Shown here piece by piece: positions 1 through 10,300 of a stretch of 47,060 nucleotides of DNA. Source of the DNA: an uncultured Christensenellaceae bacterium (GTDB lineage: Bacteria; Bacillota; Clostridia; Christensenellales; DTU072); the NCBI GenBank assembly GCA_964463195.1, contig CAYXBO010000001.1, positions 1-47,060 on the forward strand. Direction: 5' to 3'. Made by a program: the position numbers and the translations under genes. Position 1 is the first letter of the stretch. Each line of letters begins with the position of its first letter. Under the pieces are notes generated by a model. That model ran no database searches. It worked only from the letters and a program-made list of their open reading frames with translations, and was not told the origin of the DNA.

Positions 1-71
1 AGTGAAAAGTGAAGAGTGAAAAGTGAAGAGTGAAAAGTGAAGAGTGAAAAGTGAAGAGTGAAAAAGTAAAT
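1..71. repeat. Tandem repeat, heptamer AGTGAA[A/G] (14-bp unit AGTGAAAAGTGAAG), truncated by window start
   Basis: Read directly: AGTGAAAAGTGAAG x4 with no mismatch (nt 1-56), then a degenerate copy AGTGAAAAAGTAAAT. It runs into the window edge, so full length is unknown. Confidence 0.9.
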
Positions 72-78
72 GGTTTTC

Positions 79-111
79 GTCATTGCGAGGAGCGTAGCGA
101 CAAAGCAATCC
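79..111 (+). repeat. Interspersed ~33-bp element with self-complementary ends (GTCATTGCGAG...GCAATCC)
   Basis: GTCATTGCGAGGAGCGTAGCGACAAAGCAATCC; the ATTGC/GCAAT ends are reverse complements. A 32/33-identical copy in inverse orientation lies at 37275-37307, and two more related copies at 37331-37360 and 37412-37444. Confidence 0.8.
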
Positions 112-138
112 AGAATTTAAACAAAGTATCCAAAACCG

Positions 139-244
139 CTCGCCGTAGGCGAGTGATTTCACCAAGCCGATAGGCTTGATTTCACTCACGCGTAAGCGTG
201 AATTTCATCGCCACGCAGTGGCGATTTTAAGCGCAGTCACGCGC
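139..244 (+). repeat. Mini-hairpin array, GATTTCAC type (5 units of 22-23 bp)
   Basis: Units are CTCGCC-gta-GGCGAG, AAGCC-gata-GGCTT, CACGC-gtaa-GCGTG, GCCAC-gcag-TGGC and GCGC-agtcac-GCGC. They are separated by TGATTTCACC / GATTTCACT / AATTTCATC / GATTTTAA. The conserved word starts at 155, 178, 201 and 223. Confidence 0.8.
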
Positions 245-282
245 TTGACCGTTTTCCCATATAATGGAGAAAATGTTCCCTA

Positions 283-311
283 TTGACAACCGTATTTTAT
301 GGCGTTATAAT
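283..311 (+). promoter_or_regulatory. SigA-type promoter of first giant lipoprotein gene
   Basis: TTGACA (283-288) - 17 nt - TATAAT (306-311), a perfect consensus. GGAGG at 343-347 and ATG at 358 follow. Confidence 0.6.
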
Positions 312-357
312 GATTGTGCGTAAGTATGCGCAAATACTGTTTGGAGGTATTATTGCA

Positions 358-3300
358 ATGATGCGTAAAAGCTCGAAAGCATGGATTATAGCCGTCGTTA
401 TAGTCGCAATGCTTGTCTTGGTTTTCGCGATGGTAGGCTGCACCGGTGACGGGGATGTTGATAAGCCGGACAAGCCAATCGATACGGCCGAGGCCCTCAG
501 CAAGGTTATCACCGCAGCGGATGCTACCCTCGGAAAAATCAAGAACAGCAACGACACCGTAAGCCTCGGCTTGACCGTCGGTGTTAAGGGAGAAAATCTC
601 AAGCTTAACATCAACGAGCCGCAAAAAGGCGTTAACGTAAATATCAACGACGTAAACTTCGACGCGAAGGTCAAGGTGGGTGCCAACCTCAGCAAAACCA
701 CCGACAACAACGAAATCCTTGCCGAAATTATGGTAGGCAACGCCGTTAAATTCGGTGTTTACTCTAAGGATAACGTCGTTTACGTACAGGACGGAGTTAC
801 CACGACGTCGACCAAAAAGATAAAGGTTTCCGGCGCTCAGGCTGTCGGATACAACCAATATCTTGACGATATGCCGGGTATTCTTCAGAATGCTCTTAAG
901 AATTTGGACCTTTCCGGCATCGGCGGAATGATTACCAACTTCAAGAGCCTTATAAACGGTCTTATCACGACCACCTCGACCGCGGACGGATATACCTTCG
1001 ATATCGTCTTCGTTTCCAAAGACTCCAATGCGGGACTTGCCCCGATTCTGAAGCAGTTCGGCTCCAGCCTTAAGTTCGGCGACCCCTTCGACGATATTAT
1101 CTCGACGTACCTCCCGTACATTCTCGGCGGTAACTTTGACGATTTCTCCAACGGAACCGTTACTACCACCAGTAAAATCACTTTGGACGTAGGCATCAAA
1201 GACAATATGCTTACCGGTCTCAAAATCAACATTGACCTCGACCCCCTTAAATCCATTAAGGACGTAGGCGGTAAGATTTCCATAGAAATCGGCAATCTCG
1301 TTATCGACAACAAGAAAACCAATATTCTTCCTTCCGACCTCGATTCCTATCAGGAGGGCGCGGTTACCGCAAACCTCGCGCTCGACATTCCGGGCAGCCC
1401 GAAGAGCAAGGACGGCTTGCAGCTCTTTGCAAAAATCGAGTTCTCCCCGAGCCTCAAAGACGAAGACCTCAAACTGAGCGTCGTTGCGAAGGATAAGGAC
1501 GGCAAAGAAGTAGAGCTCGAAGGCGGTTACGTCAATCTGGGCGACGACAAGAACCCCGAATATGCGGTAGTCTTCGATATCGGATATCTCTACGAGGTTG
1601 CCGGAATGAAAGACCAAATACCCGCAACCGGTACCAAATATAAATTCTCCCTGAATATCGACGGTAATAACGTAGGTCTCGGCGACTTCCTTAAGAACCT
1701 CATTCAGAGCCAGCGCGTATTCGTCTTCTTCGACGAAGATTACCCCGATTGGCAGAATTCCTATTATAAAGCCGAATTCTTCAAGAAAAACGGCGATAGC
1801 TTCACTGCAAAAGACCTTGCGGAAATCACCCCGAAGGTTCAGGAGTATTACGTAGCCGAATTCGGCGGCGAAGCGGACGACTACGTAGTCGAATACCGCT
1901 TCAGCGACGGAACCTTGGCGCTCGACAAAGACGGCAAGGGCGATTTAACCAAGAAACAGGCGGAACTCGGTTACAACCTTGAGCTTACCGCAATCGTTAC
2001 GCTTGCAACTGCTGAACACGGCAGCACCTATACCAGTGAGTACGTCAAAGTCACTTTGACCAACGGCACCTCTGCCGGCAAGAAGGAAGTTTACGTACGT
2101 ACCGGTGTGACGGATAAGCTCGCCGAGTACGCTCCCGAGTACACCGTTGCCGACGGTCAGAACTTCGTAGGCTGGCAGGTAGGCGACGAGGAGAATAAGG
2201 ATAATTGGCTCCCGAATCTCGGAAGAGTAGAAATTCTTGAAGATACTACCGTAACCTTCAAGACCGAAAACGTCAGTTCAAAACAGAAAGTCGTGTTTAA
2301 GCAATACAATATGGACACTGCGAAATACGACGATGACGCCTATGCAACCGTATACTTCGACAAGTGGAACCCCAACGGCTTCGACAACAAAGCCAAAAAC
2401 GGCTTCACTATCAGCGATGACGATTTGAAATATTTACCGAAAGTGCCTAAGATTTACGGTATGGAAGGCAAGTGGGTCGTTATCTCCGACCAGAGCTACC
2501 AGGCTTTCGTAGACAAGGGCAAAGAAAACAAAGGCTACTACACGCCTCAGGTTATCGATATGGAGAACTCCGGCAACTACTCGGCAGTTCTCGACAAAGG
2601 CACCGCCACTGTATATCCCGTGTACGAGCTCGCGGACAACGCCGCAGAGATGTGGACGACTCAGTTTACCGTCGGACAGCTTGAGGACAGATTTGTCCGT
2701 CAGACCTTAAACGACGGCGTAATCACCTCTGTCGTCGAAGCGGGCGACCCGTCGCGTGTCGGACAGGGTGCGTTAAACTCCATTCTCGGCAATCTCGGCG
2801 ACATATTCGGAATAATCAAGAATATGAGTGTGGACGCGAACTTCGTCGCGAAAATCATGGGTTACATCTCGCCGTACCTCGGCTCCACCCAGCTGATTGC
2901 GGACCGTATCTTTGTAGCAGCCGGCGTCAAGTACGATACCGTTAAGTATCCGTACGCGCTGCCGACCCTCAAAAACGGTGACAAAACCGTAGACGACACA
3001 AGCGTTGCGGCAATCGACGACGACTTCCTTGCCATGAAGAAACAGTCCGGCGACATCGTTTCTCTCGCGCTCAACCGTTGCCAGAACGCCACAATCTATG
3101 CAACCTATCAGAGATTTGTAGGAATTTACGGCAACTTAACCGATACCGAAGTTGATAAGTTGTTCTGGGATGAGAAGCCGGATGAGAAAACTCCTAATAA
3201 GGATAAGTATTTCGCTGCGAAGACTGCCGAAGCGAGAGCCGAGCTCTACGTAGAATTTGAAGAGTCCAGCTATAGCAGGAAGGTTGAAGATGCACAGAAG

Positions 3301-3723
3301 AAGTTCGACGCAGGCAAGGCTGAGAAGCAGCAGACTATTCTCGACCTGATTGCAGCAGTCATCGGTGAAGACGCTCTCGGCGAAGCAGAGACCGTTGAAG
3401 AGTTCATCTTCGGCGTAGGCGGCAAGAACCCGCTCTCCGTTGCGCTTGAGTTCGCAGAGCCCACCGAGACCACCGGCTACGGCGTGACGGTTAAGCTCAT
3501 GAGAGGTAAAACCGTTATTGCCTCGATTAGCGGCGACGTGTTCTTCTCCTATGCGAAAGACATTCCGGAAATTGACCCCGACGACTACAAAGACGCATTG
3601 AGCATACACGAAGTAGCGAACGAAGGTGACGAGCTGTCTATCGTCGTTGCAGAGCTCAAGAAAATCGGAGAGGCAATGATTGGAAACAGCGGCGACACCT
3701 CCGGAGACGGTGACGCTGAATAA
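358..3723 (+). CDS. Large surface lipoprotein (~1121 aa), stand-alone copy of the N-terminal module of the two downstream giant lipoproteins; function unknown
   Basis: ORF 283-3723. Start moved to ATG 358 (GGAGG 10 nt upstream), giving MMRKSSKAWIIAVVIVAMLVLVFAMVGC = signal peptide plus lipobox (MVG|C). Acidic linker follows the Cys. Shares TVTTTS-type motifs and the DSYQ..VTANL segment with genes 2 and 3. No catalytic motif recognised. Confidence 0.85.
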   Translation: MMRKSSKAWIIAVVIVAMLVLVFAMVGCTGDGDVDKPDKPIDTAEALSKVITAADATLGKIKNSNDTVSLGLTVGVKGENLKLNINEPQKGVNVNINDVNFDAKVKVGANLSKTTDNNEILAEIMVGNAVKFGVYSKDNVVYVQDGVTTTSTKKIKVSGAQAVGYNQYLDDMPGILQNALKNLDLSGIGGMITNFKSLINGLITTTSTADGYTFDIVFVSKDSNAGLAPILKQFGSSLKFGDPFDDIISTYLPYILGGNFDDFSNGTVTTTSKITLDVGIKDNMLTGLKINIDLDPLKSIKDVGGKISIEIGNLVIDNKKTNILPSDLDSYQEGAVTANLALDIPGSPKSKDGLQLFAKIEFSPSLKDEDLKLSVVAKDKDGKEVELEGGYVNLGDDKNPEYAVVFDIGYLYEVAGMKDQIPATGTKYKFSLNIDGNNVGLGDFLKNLIQSQRVFVFFDEDYPDWQNSYYKAEFFKKNGDSFTAKDLAEITPKVQEYYVAEFGGEADDYVVEYRFSDGTLALDKDGKGDLTKKQAELGYNLELTAIVTLATAEHGSTYTSEYVKVTLTNGTSAGKKEVYVRTGVTDKLAEYAPEYTVADGQNFVGWQVGDEENKDNWLPNLGRVEILEDTTVTFKTENVSSKQKVVFKQYNMDTAKYDDDAYATVYFDKWNPNGFDNKAKNGFTISDDDLKYLPKVPKIYGMEGKWVVISDQSYQAFVDKGKENKGYYTPQVIDMENSGNYSAVLDKGTATVYPVYELADNAAEMWTTQFTVGQLEDRFVRQTLNDGVITSVVEAGDPSRVGQGALNSILGNLGDIFGIIKNMSVDANFVAKIMGYISPYLGSTQLIADRIFVAAGVKYDTVKYPYALPTLKNGDKTVDDTSVAAIDDDFLAMKKQSGDIVSLALNRCQNATIYATYQRFVGIYGNLTDTEVDKLFWDEKPDEKTPNKDKYFAAKTAEARAELYVEFEESSYSRKVEDAQKKFDAGKAEKQQTILDLIAAVIGEDALGEAETVEEFIFGVGGKNPLSVALEFAEPTETTGYGVTVKLMRGKTVIASISGDVFFSYAKDIPEIDPDDYKDALSIHEVANEGDELSIVVAELKKIGEAMIGNSGDTSGDGDAE

Positions 3724-3754
3724 GCCTTGAAGTCTCAGGACAAACAAACAGTAG

Positions 3755-3788
3755 AACAACCGCCCGCAAGGGCGGTTGTTTTTTTTTC
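3755..3788 (+). terminator. Rho-independent terminator of gene 1
   Basis: Perfect 11-bp stem AACAACCGCCC / GGGCGGTTGTT with GCAA loop, followed by a T7 run (3781-3787), 32 nt after the stop codon. Confidence 0.85.
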
Positions 3789-3809
3789 GCCCCTGAGGGG
3801 GAAGGGAGA

Positions 3810-3960
3810 GCGCCGAAGGCGCAATGAAATTGCAACTGCGTTGCAGTGATGCTCCTTGCGTCGCAGTGATATCGCCACTACGTGGCGGTGAAATTCACGC
3901 TGACGCGTGAGTGAAATCAAGCCTTGCGGCTTGGTGAAATCACTCGCCTTCGGCTCGCGG
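3810..3960 (-). repeat. Mini-hairpin array in inverse orientation (about 7 units; + strand reads hairpin + (A/G)GTGAAAT(C/T))
   Basis: Reads GCGCC-gaa-GGCGC AATGAAATT, GCAAC-tgc-GTTGC AGTGATGCT, TGCG-t-CGCA GTGATATC, GCCAC-tac-GTGGC GGTGAAATT, CACGC-tgac-GCGTG AGTGAAATC, AAGCC-ttgc-GGCTT GGTGAAATC, then an imperfect CTCGCC-ttc-GGCTCG. The reverse complement of 3871-3960 aligns ungapped to 136-225. Confidence 0.8.
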
Positions 3961-3988
3961 TTGTGGATTTTATTTAAATATCCTTAAC

Positions 3989-4078
3989 CGCACGCTTGCG
4001 TGCGATTTACCTCGCGCATAGCGCGAATTTACCCAAGCCGACAGGCTTGATTTACCCACGCGCAAGCGTGATTTACCT
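3989..4078 (+). repeat. Mini-hairpin array, ATTTACC type (4 units)
   Basis: Reads CGCACG-cttg-CGTGCG ATTTACCT, CGCGC-ata-GCGCG AATTTACCC, AAGCC-gaca-GGCTT GATTTACCC, CACGC-gcaa-GCGTG ATTTACCT. The conserved word starts at 4004, 4026, 4049 and 4070. It is separated from the inverse array by the AT-rich near-palindrome GGATTTTATTTAAATATCC (3965-3983). Confidence 0.8.
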
Positions 4079-4245
4079 AATCGCGAAGCCTTTGCTTTAC
4101 ACATTTTGCCGAAAGAAAGCTTATTGGCTTCGGGTATAACAAAAATCTTGGTTATTTATCGTGTTTAACTCCGTTTTGCGCTCGCGATGAGGGCGCGTAG
4201 CGCGCCCGCGCGTGTGTGAGATATGCGAAATTCCGGTTTTTGCCA

Positions 4246-4275
4246 TTGACACTATTATTATATTTATAATATAAT
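4246..4275 (+). promoter_or_regulatory. SigA-type promoter of the two-gene giant lipoprotein operon
   Basis: TTGACA (4246-4251) - 18 nt - TATAAT (4270-4275), about 47 nt upstream of ATG 4322. Confidence 0.55.
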
Positions 4276-4321
4276 TAGCGTGTATAAAAAGGGTGAAGTG
4301 CGCCCTTTAAGAGGCAAAGGA

Positions 4322-7300
4322 ATGTTGAAACGCGTAAACCTGAAAAAGATTTTGGTTATGATTTTAGCGGCGGTAATGCTCGTCGCTCTGGTCGCGTGCG
4401 TTTCCGCAGACGACGACGCCAATTATCCTTTCACAATAATCGATAACCAACAAAATAAGCATAACCAAGACCATACCACCAAGGACGAGGCTATACAGCG
4501 CACCTCGGACAGCATTACCAATCTCAAAAATTATCTCAAATCCGCGACGGTTGCGGACACCGGCTATTACATGGAGTTCGATTTCGATATCGACACCGAC
4601 ACGGGAGACAATTTCGAGCTCAAATTCCGCGGCAACCTCTACACTTACCCCTACGAAATCAAGGACGAGAACGGCAACGTCATCGGCGAAGACCCTGACG
4701 CGAAAGCCATTCATAACGAGGTTATAAAAAAGAGCGACCTTCTCATAGAGTGGTACAACGGTCACACCAACGAGCTCATGATAGGGTTCTATTTCGACGG
4801 TGTGAACGCCTCAAAGGAAAACCCAGGCAACCATCTCTATCTCAATTTGCGCGGTTATAAGCGCTGGTACAGGAACTTCGGAAATACCGTTATGTTCCAG
4901 CAGATTATGAGACTTATAACCAATCTCGACATAGAGCTTATTCTTGCCGATAACGATTCCTCTATAGACCAGAGTATAACGAAGTTCGCGACCTATCTGA
5001 GCTACGCCGTCAACGACAACTACAAGAAAACTCAGAACGGTTCCACAACCACGATTTTCTACGAAAATATCGTTCTCGACGCGATTACCGAGGATATCAA
5101 CAAGGCAATCCGCTCTGTGTTCTCGCCCTTTGAAGATAAAATCGACCCGCTGACAAATAAGTATCTCGGGTTTAAGTTCTCCACCTTAGGGCAGGTGCAG
5201 ACCAGAACGTTAAACTCCGACCTCACCTTCCACATCGAGCCCGATATAACCGAAACGTTGGACGTTCTTTACGGCATCGACGTCAAGATGAACGGCACCG
5301 CCATGTCTTACGGCACCTCCGTTCCCTTCCGCTCCAACGCAAACGTCAGATATTCCACAAGGGTTTCAAACGATATCCGCTTCGACCTTCAGGGTTACGT
5401 GGAATTCATTCACGGTCAGTACGATTTTACAGCGCTCTTCGATATCCCCATGTTCAAGCTTCGGTACGACGGCGAAATAATCACTTCTCTTACCGAAAAG
5501 GATAACACGCTCAATAAAATCGACGCGCGCTTCCGCAACCTCGCAACGCAGGAATACGCGGTTATGCTCTTTTACCGCGACGAAAAATTCTATCTCAATA
5601 CCGAAGGTATAGAAGATATCTACGGCGCAATTCAGATTGACGAATTGGGGTTCCCGAAGGTTTTCTACGAGGGAATCGACCTCGCCGCGTTGTTCAGAAC
5701 CTTCTACGATACCGTCAACAACGGTATGGTTTCCATAGTCGACGCTCTCTTAAATCCCGAAACCTATCAGGGTGAAGGGGTAGAGGAAGGTCTTATCCGC
5801 GCAGTAATGGCGAAAATGCGTTCCGAGGGCGACACCATGACCCTGACCGTCGATATCGAGCTTATAAAAGAGGTGCTGCGTTACACTCAGAAGGTTGACC
5901 CCAACGAGGAAAGTCCGTATTACACTTTAGACGACAAGGGGAGACCGATTTACACCACCAAAGGTCTCGTTATGCTGTTCAGCGACTGGCTCGGCTACGA
6001 TATGGAGCAGATTGCCGCAATTTTCGGCGTGGCTTCCGCGGAAATCCTTCTCGAGAGGAGCTGGTTTGAAATAACCTACGACGTGGAAACCAACCATATC
6101 GTCATAGAAATGTTCACAAGCATAAGGCAGGACAGGGCGATTGTGTTCCGACTGACGCTTATTCCCGAAAAGTTCGGCGAAAAGGTGACCTTCCCGACGG
6201 AAATGGAAAACTGGGACAGCTATAAGCCCCTCGAAGAGGTTAAAACCCTGTCCGCAACCTTAAACGGCGACATCCGGTTCGCTTCGAGCGCCGAGGTTGA
6301 TTTGTCCAAAATGCTCGCTTCCTTTATCGACGACCGCTCGGGACTCAATACCGTCTACCGGACGGCGCCCAACGCAAGAATTCTCTTTACTCTCGTGTTC
6401 GACCAGTACATTCAGTACACCGACCCCGAAGGCAACGACAATCTGCAGTTCATTCTCGGCGAGCTCGAGGATAAGGGTATCGAAATCGATATGGAGGAAA
6501 TGGTAGGGCAGATGCGCGGCAGAATGGCGTTCTACTTCTCCATGACCGTCCAGAGTAACCGCGGAGAGGAGCTCGTTGCAAGACTTTACGCCTACAACGT
6601 CGCCTTCAATCAGGACGTTTACGACAGAATTGAAGCGGGGCAGAACGTACCCGAGGGCTACGGCTACGTTTACGTCGATTTGACCGGAGGGCTCAACCCC
6701 GGGCGCGCGGACGTTCCGCTTATGAAGATTAGAGAAGACTATTTTATGCACTCCTTCTTCGACTATACCGGAAAAACCGACGCCGCAAACTCCGCGGCAA
6801 CGCTGTCGATTTATTCCATTCTCATGGCTATTCTCGAGGATTCCACCTTCTACACCACCGACGACGCGATAAGCATTACCACCTCAAACCGCCTGCTGCA
6901 GAGGATTTTCGGAATAGACGACCTCGTCGCCAACTTCACCGCGCAGGTAGGCTTCAGACAGAGAGTCAAGAACCAGTACAGCGTTATCACCATGGTGGAC
7001 CGCTTCGCCGATTACGAGGTGAGCGTGTTGACCGACCTCGAGGTGCTCGGTGTTTACGACAACACCGTTCCCGTTCACAAGACAATCGTGGTGGAATTCA
7101 GGTGGGTAAGCGGCGACGTTCAGACCAGAATTCTGAAGTTCAAATACTACAAGGAGTCCGAGCCCGTTCCCGACGAGTTCTACAACGAAGAGGAATATCA
7201 GGCGGCGCTCGACAAGTACAACGAATATATAGCGAGCAGACACAATATCGATATCGTTCCCGATAAAGACAGATATTATCCCTCCGTAGACGGCACGTTT

Positions 7301-10300
7301 ATGGGGGCGGAAAGGAATTACGTTCTGACCGTCAACGGCGGCGCAAACCAAAGAAACGCCACCGCGAGAATAGAAAGCCTTTACGAAACGGAATTCCGCT
7401 GGGAGCCGTTCGAGGATAAGCCGACTTCTATCCGCGCCGTCAACAGCAATAACGGTCTGGTTATGTATTACCCCGCCGATTTCGACATCGATTGGTCCAA
7501 GGTGACGGTCGACGGACTGGACAGAGCTTACTATACCGTCACCGTAGGTCCCGATTCCTTAGGTGAATTTACCGCTGAAGTTGCGATAAGCGTCATCAAC
7601 AGACGCGTCATAAACGGAGACGGAACGGCAGCCGACGTCGTGTACGTCTATAACGACGGAAAAGAGGTTTCCGCGTCCGTTGCCGCAAGCCTGACAATCG
7701 ACCCGTACGACTATATCGTCAGCCGTTACGCCAGCTCGAAGAGGTTTGAGGACGGCACGTTTATTACCGATTACCTCAAGACGAGAGCTTCGCAGGTTAC
7801 CCTGAACTTTGCGGGCGGCGACAGCGAAAGAGGCTTCTTCGATTGGTACTTCGACGACGCCGACGGCGTGGGCAACAACCGCGAAACCGCAATAAACGAA
7901 AGGGGCGGCAAGCTTTATCTGCACACCTCCTTCCATAAGCAGATTATTGCGCTCGAGCTCACCGTTTTACAGCGTACCGTAGACCATATAAAAATTATCG
8001 GAGAGGAAAAGGATGATACTTATACCGTAGACGTTCTGGACAGAAGCACCTATACGCTTCCCGTCCGTCCGACGGTTTACTTCAGTGACGGAAACGGCAA
8101 CGAAAGCAGCAGAATTTTCGCCTTCGACCTCATCTGGTCGTACGCCGCGGTCGATAACGTCACCATGGAGGGCGCGCCGGACATCGACGGGCATCCCAGC
8201 CCGTTTGCGGGACATATCGGCAACACGGTCAGCGCCTACCTCGATATCGAACGCGCCTTCGGCATAGGCGAATGGTTCGGCAAGCAGATTGTAACCCTGA
8301 CGGTCGTTGCGCCGCCGAAGGTGATTTCAGAACTGTACGAGGTCGGAGCAAGACCGTCCGTCGGTGCGGAGCCCGAAACCAGAAAAGCCGTTTCCATAGA
8401 GGTTCTCGGCACCCGCGAAAGAGGTTACTGGATAATCGACGACCGCTTCGAGTCGTCCTACAGACTGCCGCATACCGTCACCGCGTACTTCGACGACGGC
8501 ACCAATAAAAACTACAACGTGGAGTGGGACACCTCGACCGGACTCGTCACGAGACAGAATAACGACTATACCGTTTCGAGAAGCATAATGAACAATCAGG
8601 ACGTGGAATTCTATTACGTCAACGCCTCCCTCGACGACGTCTATCCCTTCAGCCTCATTATCGTGAAGCTTCCCTATAAAGGGAATATAAGCGTCGCCGC
8701 ATGGAACAGAACGGAAGGTCGGGACGACGTCCGCCTATCTATCGAAGAGGACGGCAGTGTTGCCGGAAGATATATCTATCAGGTAAATCCGTACGACGAC
8801 GTGTTCCTAACGCCCAACGTCATAGAAGAGGTGTTTGCGGGATATGAGGAAAACGGTATTCCGATAGGAATTGCCGTCGGAAGCGGGGAACGGCATTACT
8901 TCCGCAACAAATACGCCGTAAATCCTGCGGTCAGCGGTCTCGAATACGTCTACGTGCTCGGAGAGAGCAACGTGTCCGTTACGGTAACGGTGGAGGTCAC
9001 GACGGACGGAACCGTCGCCAAATCCATAGAGTTCCTGAATGCGGGAGTTACCGCCGGAAGCGGAGAGCATACCGTTTTCGCAGACTCGACGGTTACGATG
9101 GAGGTGAGCGCCGTTGCGGACAGCGTGAAGCGCATTCTTATCGGAGGACTGGAAGTCCCCGCGGACGGCGTGATAGTTGCCGGAGGCAAGAATTATTCCG
9201 CGAGAGGGCTCGTGGAATATCTGCTTTCCAACGTAAGAATTACCATGGAGGACAACTCGCAGAAGATAAGAAATCCCGAAATCGTCAACTTCAACGGAGT
9301 TTTCAATTCTGCGGAATTGCAAAACGGTATAAATCTCACTATGCGCATGTCGATAGTTCCGGGAATTCTCGATTACGAGGTCGTAGTTTCCGGACAGACG
9401 GAAAATCTGCATCCGGAAGTTAAGAACGTCGAGATTACCTTGCAGCCCTTCGACTCCGACCCCGAAAACGGCGAGAGATACCGGAACGGTTATTCCCTCA
9501 CCACCCACAGAGTGGAATTCGAGGACGGAACGACCGAAACCTTTACCGATTGGTACGTGGGCGCGTTCAACGGCGTGAGCGGACTTAAAGTCGGGCAGCT
9601 CATAAGAACCATTACTCCGGAAATGCTGCTTGCGAAGTACCCCGTGGATTCTACGGTTGATATCACCGTCTACACCTTCCGCGCGGACGACTCGAAGATT
9701 AACGTCAGGTTTAAGATTCCGACCCTTGACTGGACCAAGTTCCAGAGCATAAACTACAGCGGTGAGTTTGCGATTACCGACGGCGTTATCTTAATAAACG
9801 ATATGTACGCTACGGATATAACCTCAATAAGAGGAGTTCTCGACAGACTGCCCACATCTATTCGCTTCTACAACATAGAGGTGAACAACGTAAGATGGAG
9901 AGCCGCCGACGGCGCCGAGGAAAAGCTTGCGAATTTAAGGTTCGACGACAACAATCAGTTTGCGCTTGCGACGGCTACGGTCAACGCGGGCGGACTGTTT
10001 GACGTAACGCTGAAAATCCGTTTTGCAGACTGCAAAATCGGAAGAGTGGAGGGCTTCCCCGTTCAGAAGCCCGACGGTAACGGCAATCTGACGGTGGAAA
10101 TCAAAATCGACCCGTATGCGGAGGGTTCCACCGGAACGTATACTCTGCCGAGAGATATCGTCTTAAGATACAGCGGTTCCTCCAACAGAACGCACACCTT
10201 CTACGGCGTGGAGTACCGCCTCGGAGACAACGCGCATGCGGAACGTTCTATTCCTTATATATATAGCGGCTTCTCCGACGGACTTCAGGGCGGCGAAAGA

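Noticed and set aside
280-1617. 445-aa ORF on the minus strand (also 297-740 and 885-1322)
   Set aside because: Entirely antisense to the much longer + strand ORF, which has a consensus promoter, SD, lipoprotein signal and terminator. The antisense ORF has no start context or recognisable motif. Such shadow ORFs recur antisense to every large gene in this window.
3735-3920. 61-aa minus-strand ORF; likewise the 69-aa + ORF at 37313-37522
   Set aside because: Both lie wholly within the hairpin arrays or palindromic repeat clusters. Their peptides (EFHRHVVAISLRR.., IVIARLQSKQS.., GLPRHFVPRNDD) are just translations of the repeats. Neither has an SD.
104-3985. Classical invertible promoter switch (fim/hin-like)
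   Set aside because: The inverted repeats enclose the whole gene together with its own promoter and terminator, so inversion would not switch expression. No recombinase gene is in the window. The observation is kept only as a cassette or structure finding.
139-4078. Hairpin arrays as a CRISPR array
   Set aside because: The period is only ~22 bp. The conserved part is 8-9 nt, and the variable parts are palindromic and recur between arrays, unlike unique 30-40-bp spacers. No cas genes are in the window.
3810-4078. 22-bp phased repeats as plasmid iterons or a replication origin
   Set aside because: No rep, par or dnaA gene or DnaA boxes were recognised, and the surrounding context is chromosomal housekeeping (spoIIE, pth, mfd). 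This cannot be fully excluded without the whole replicon.
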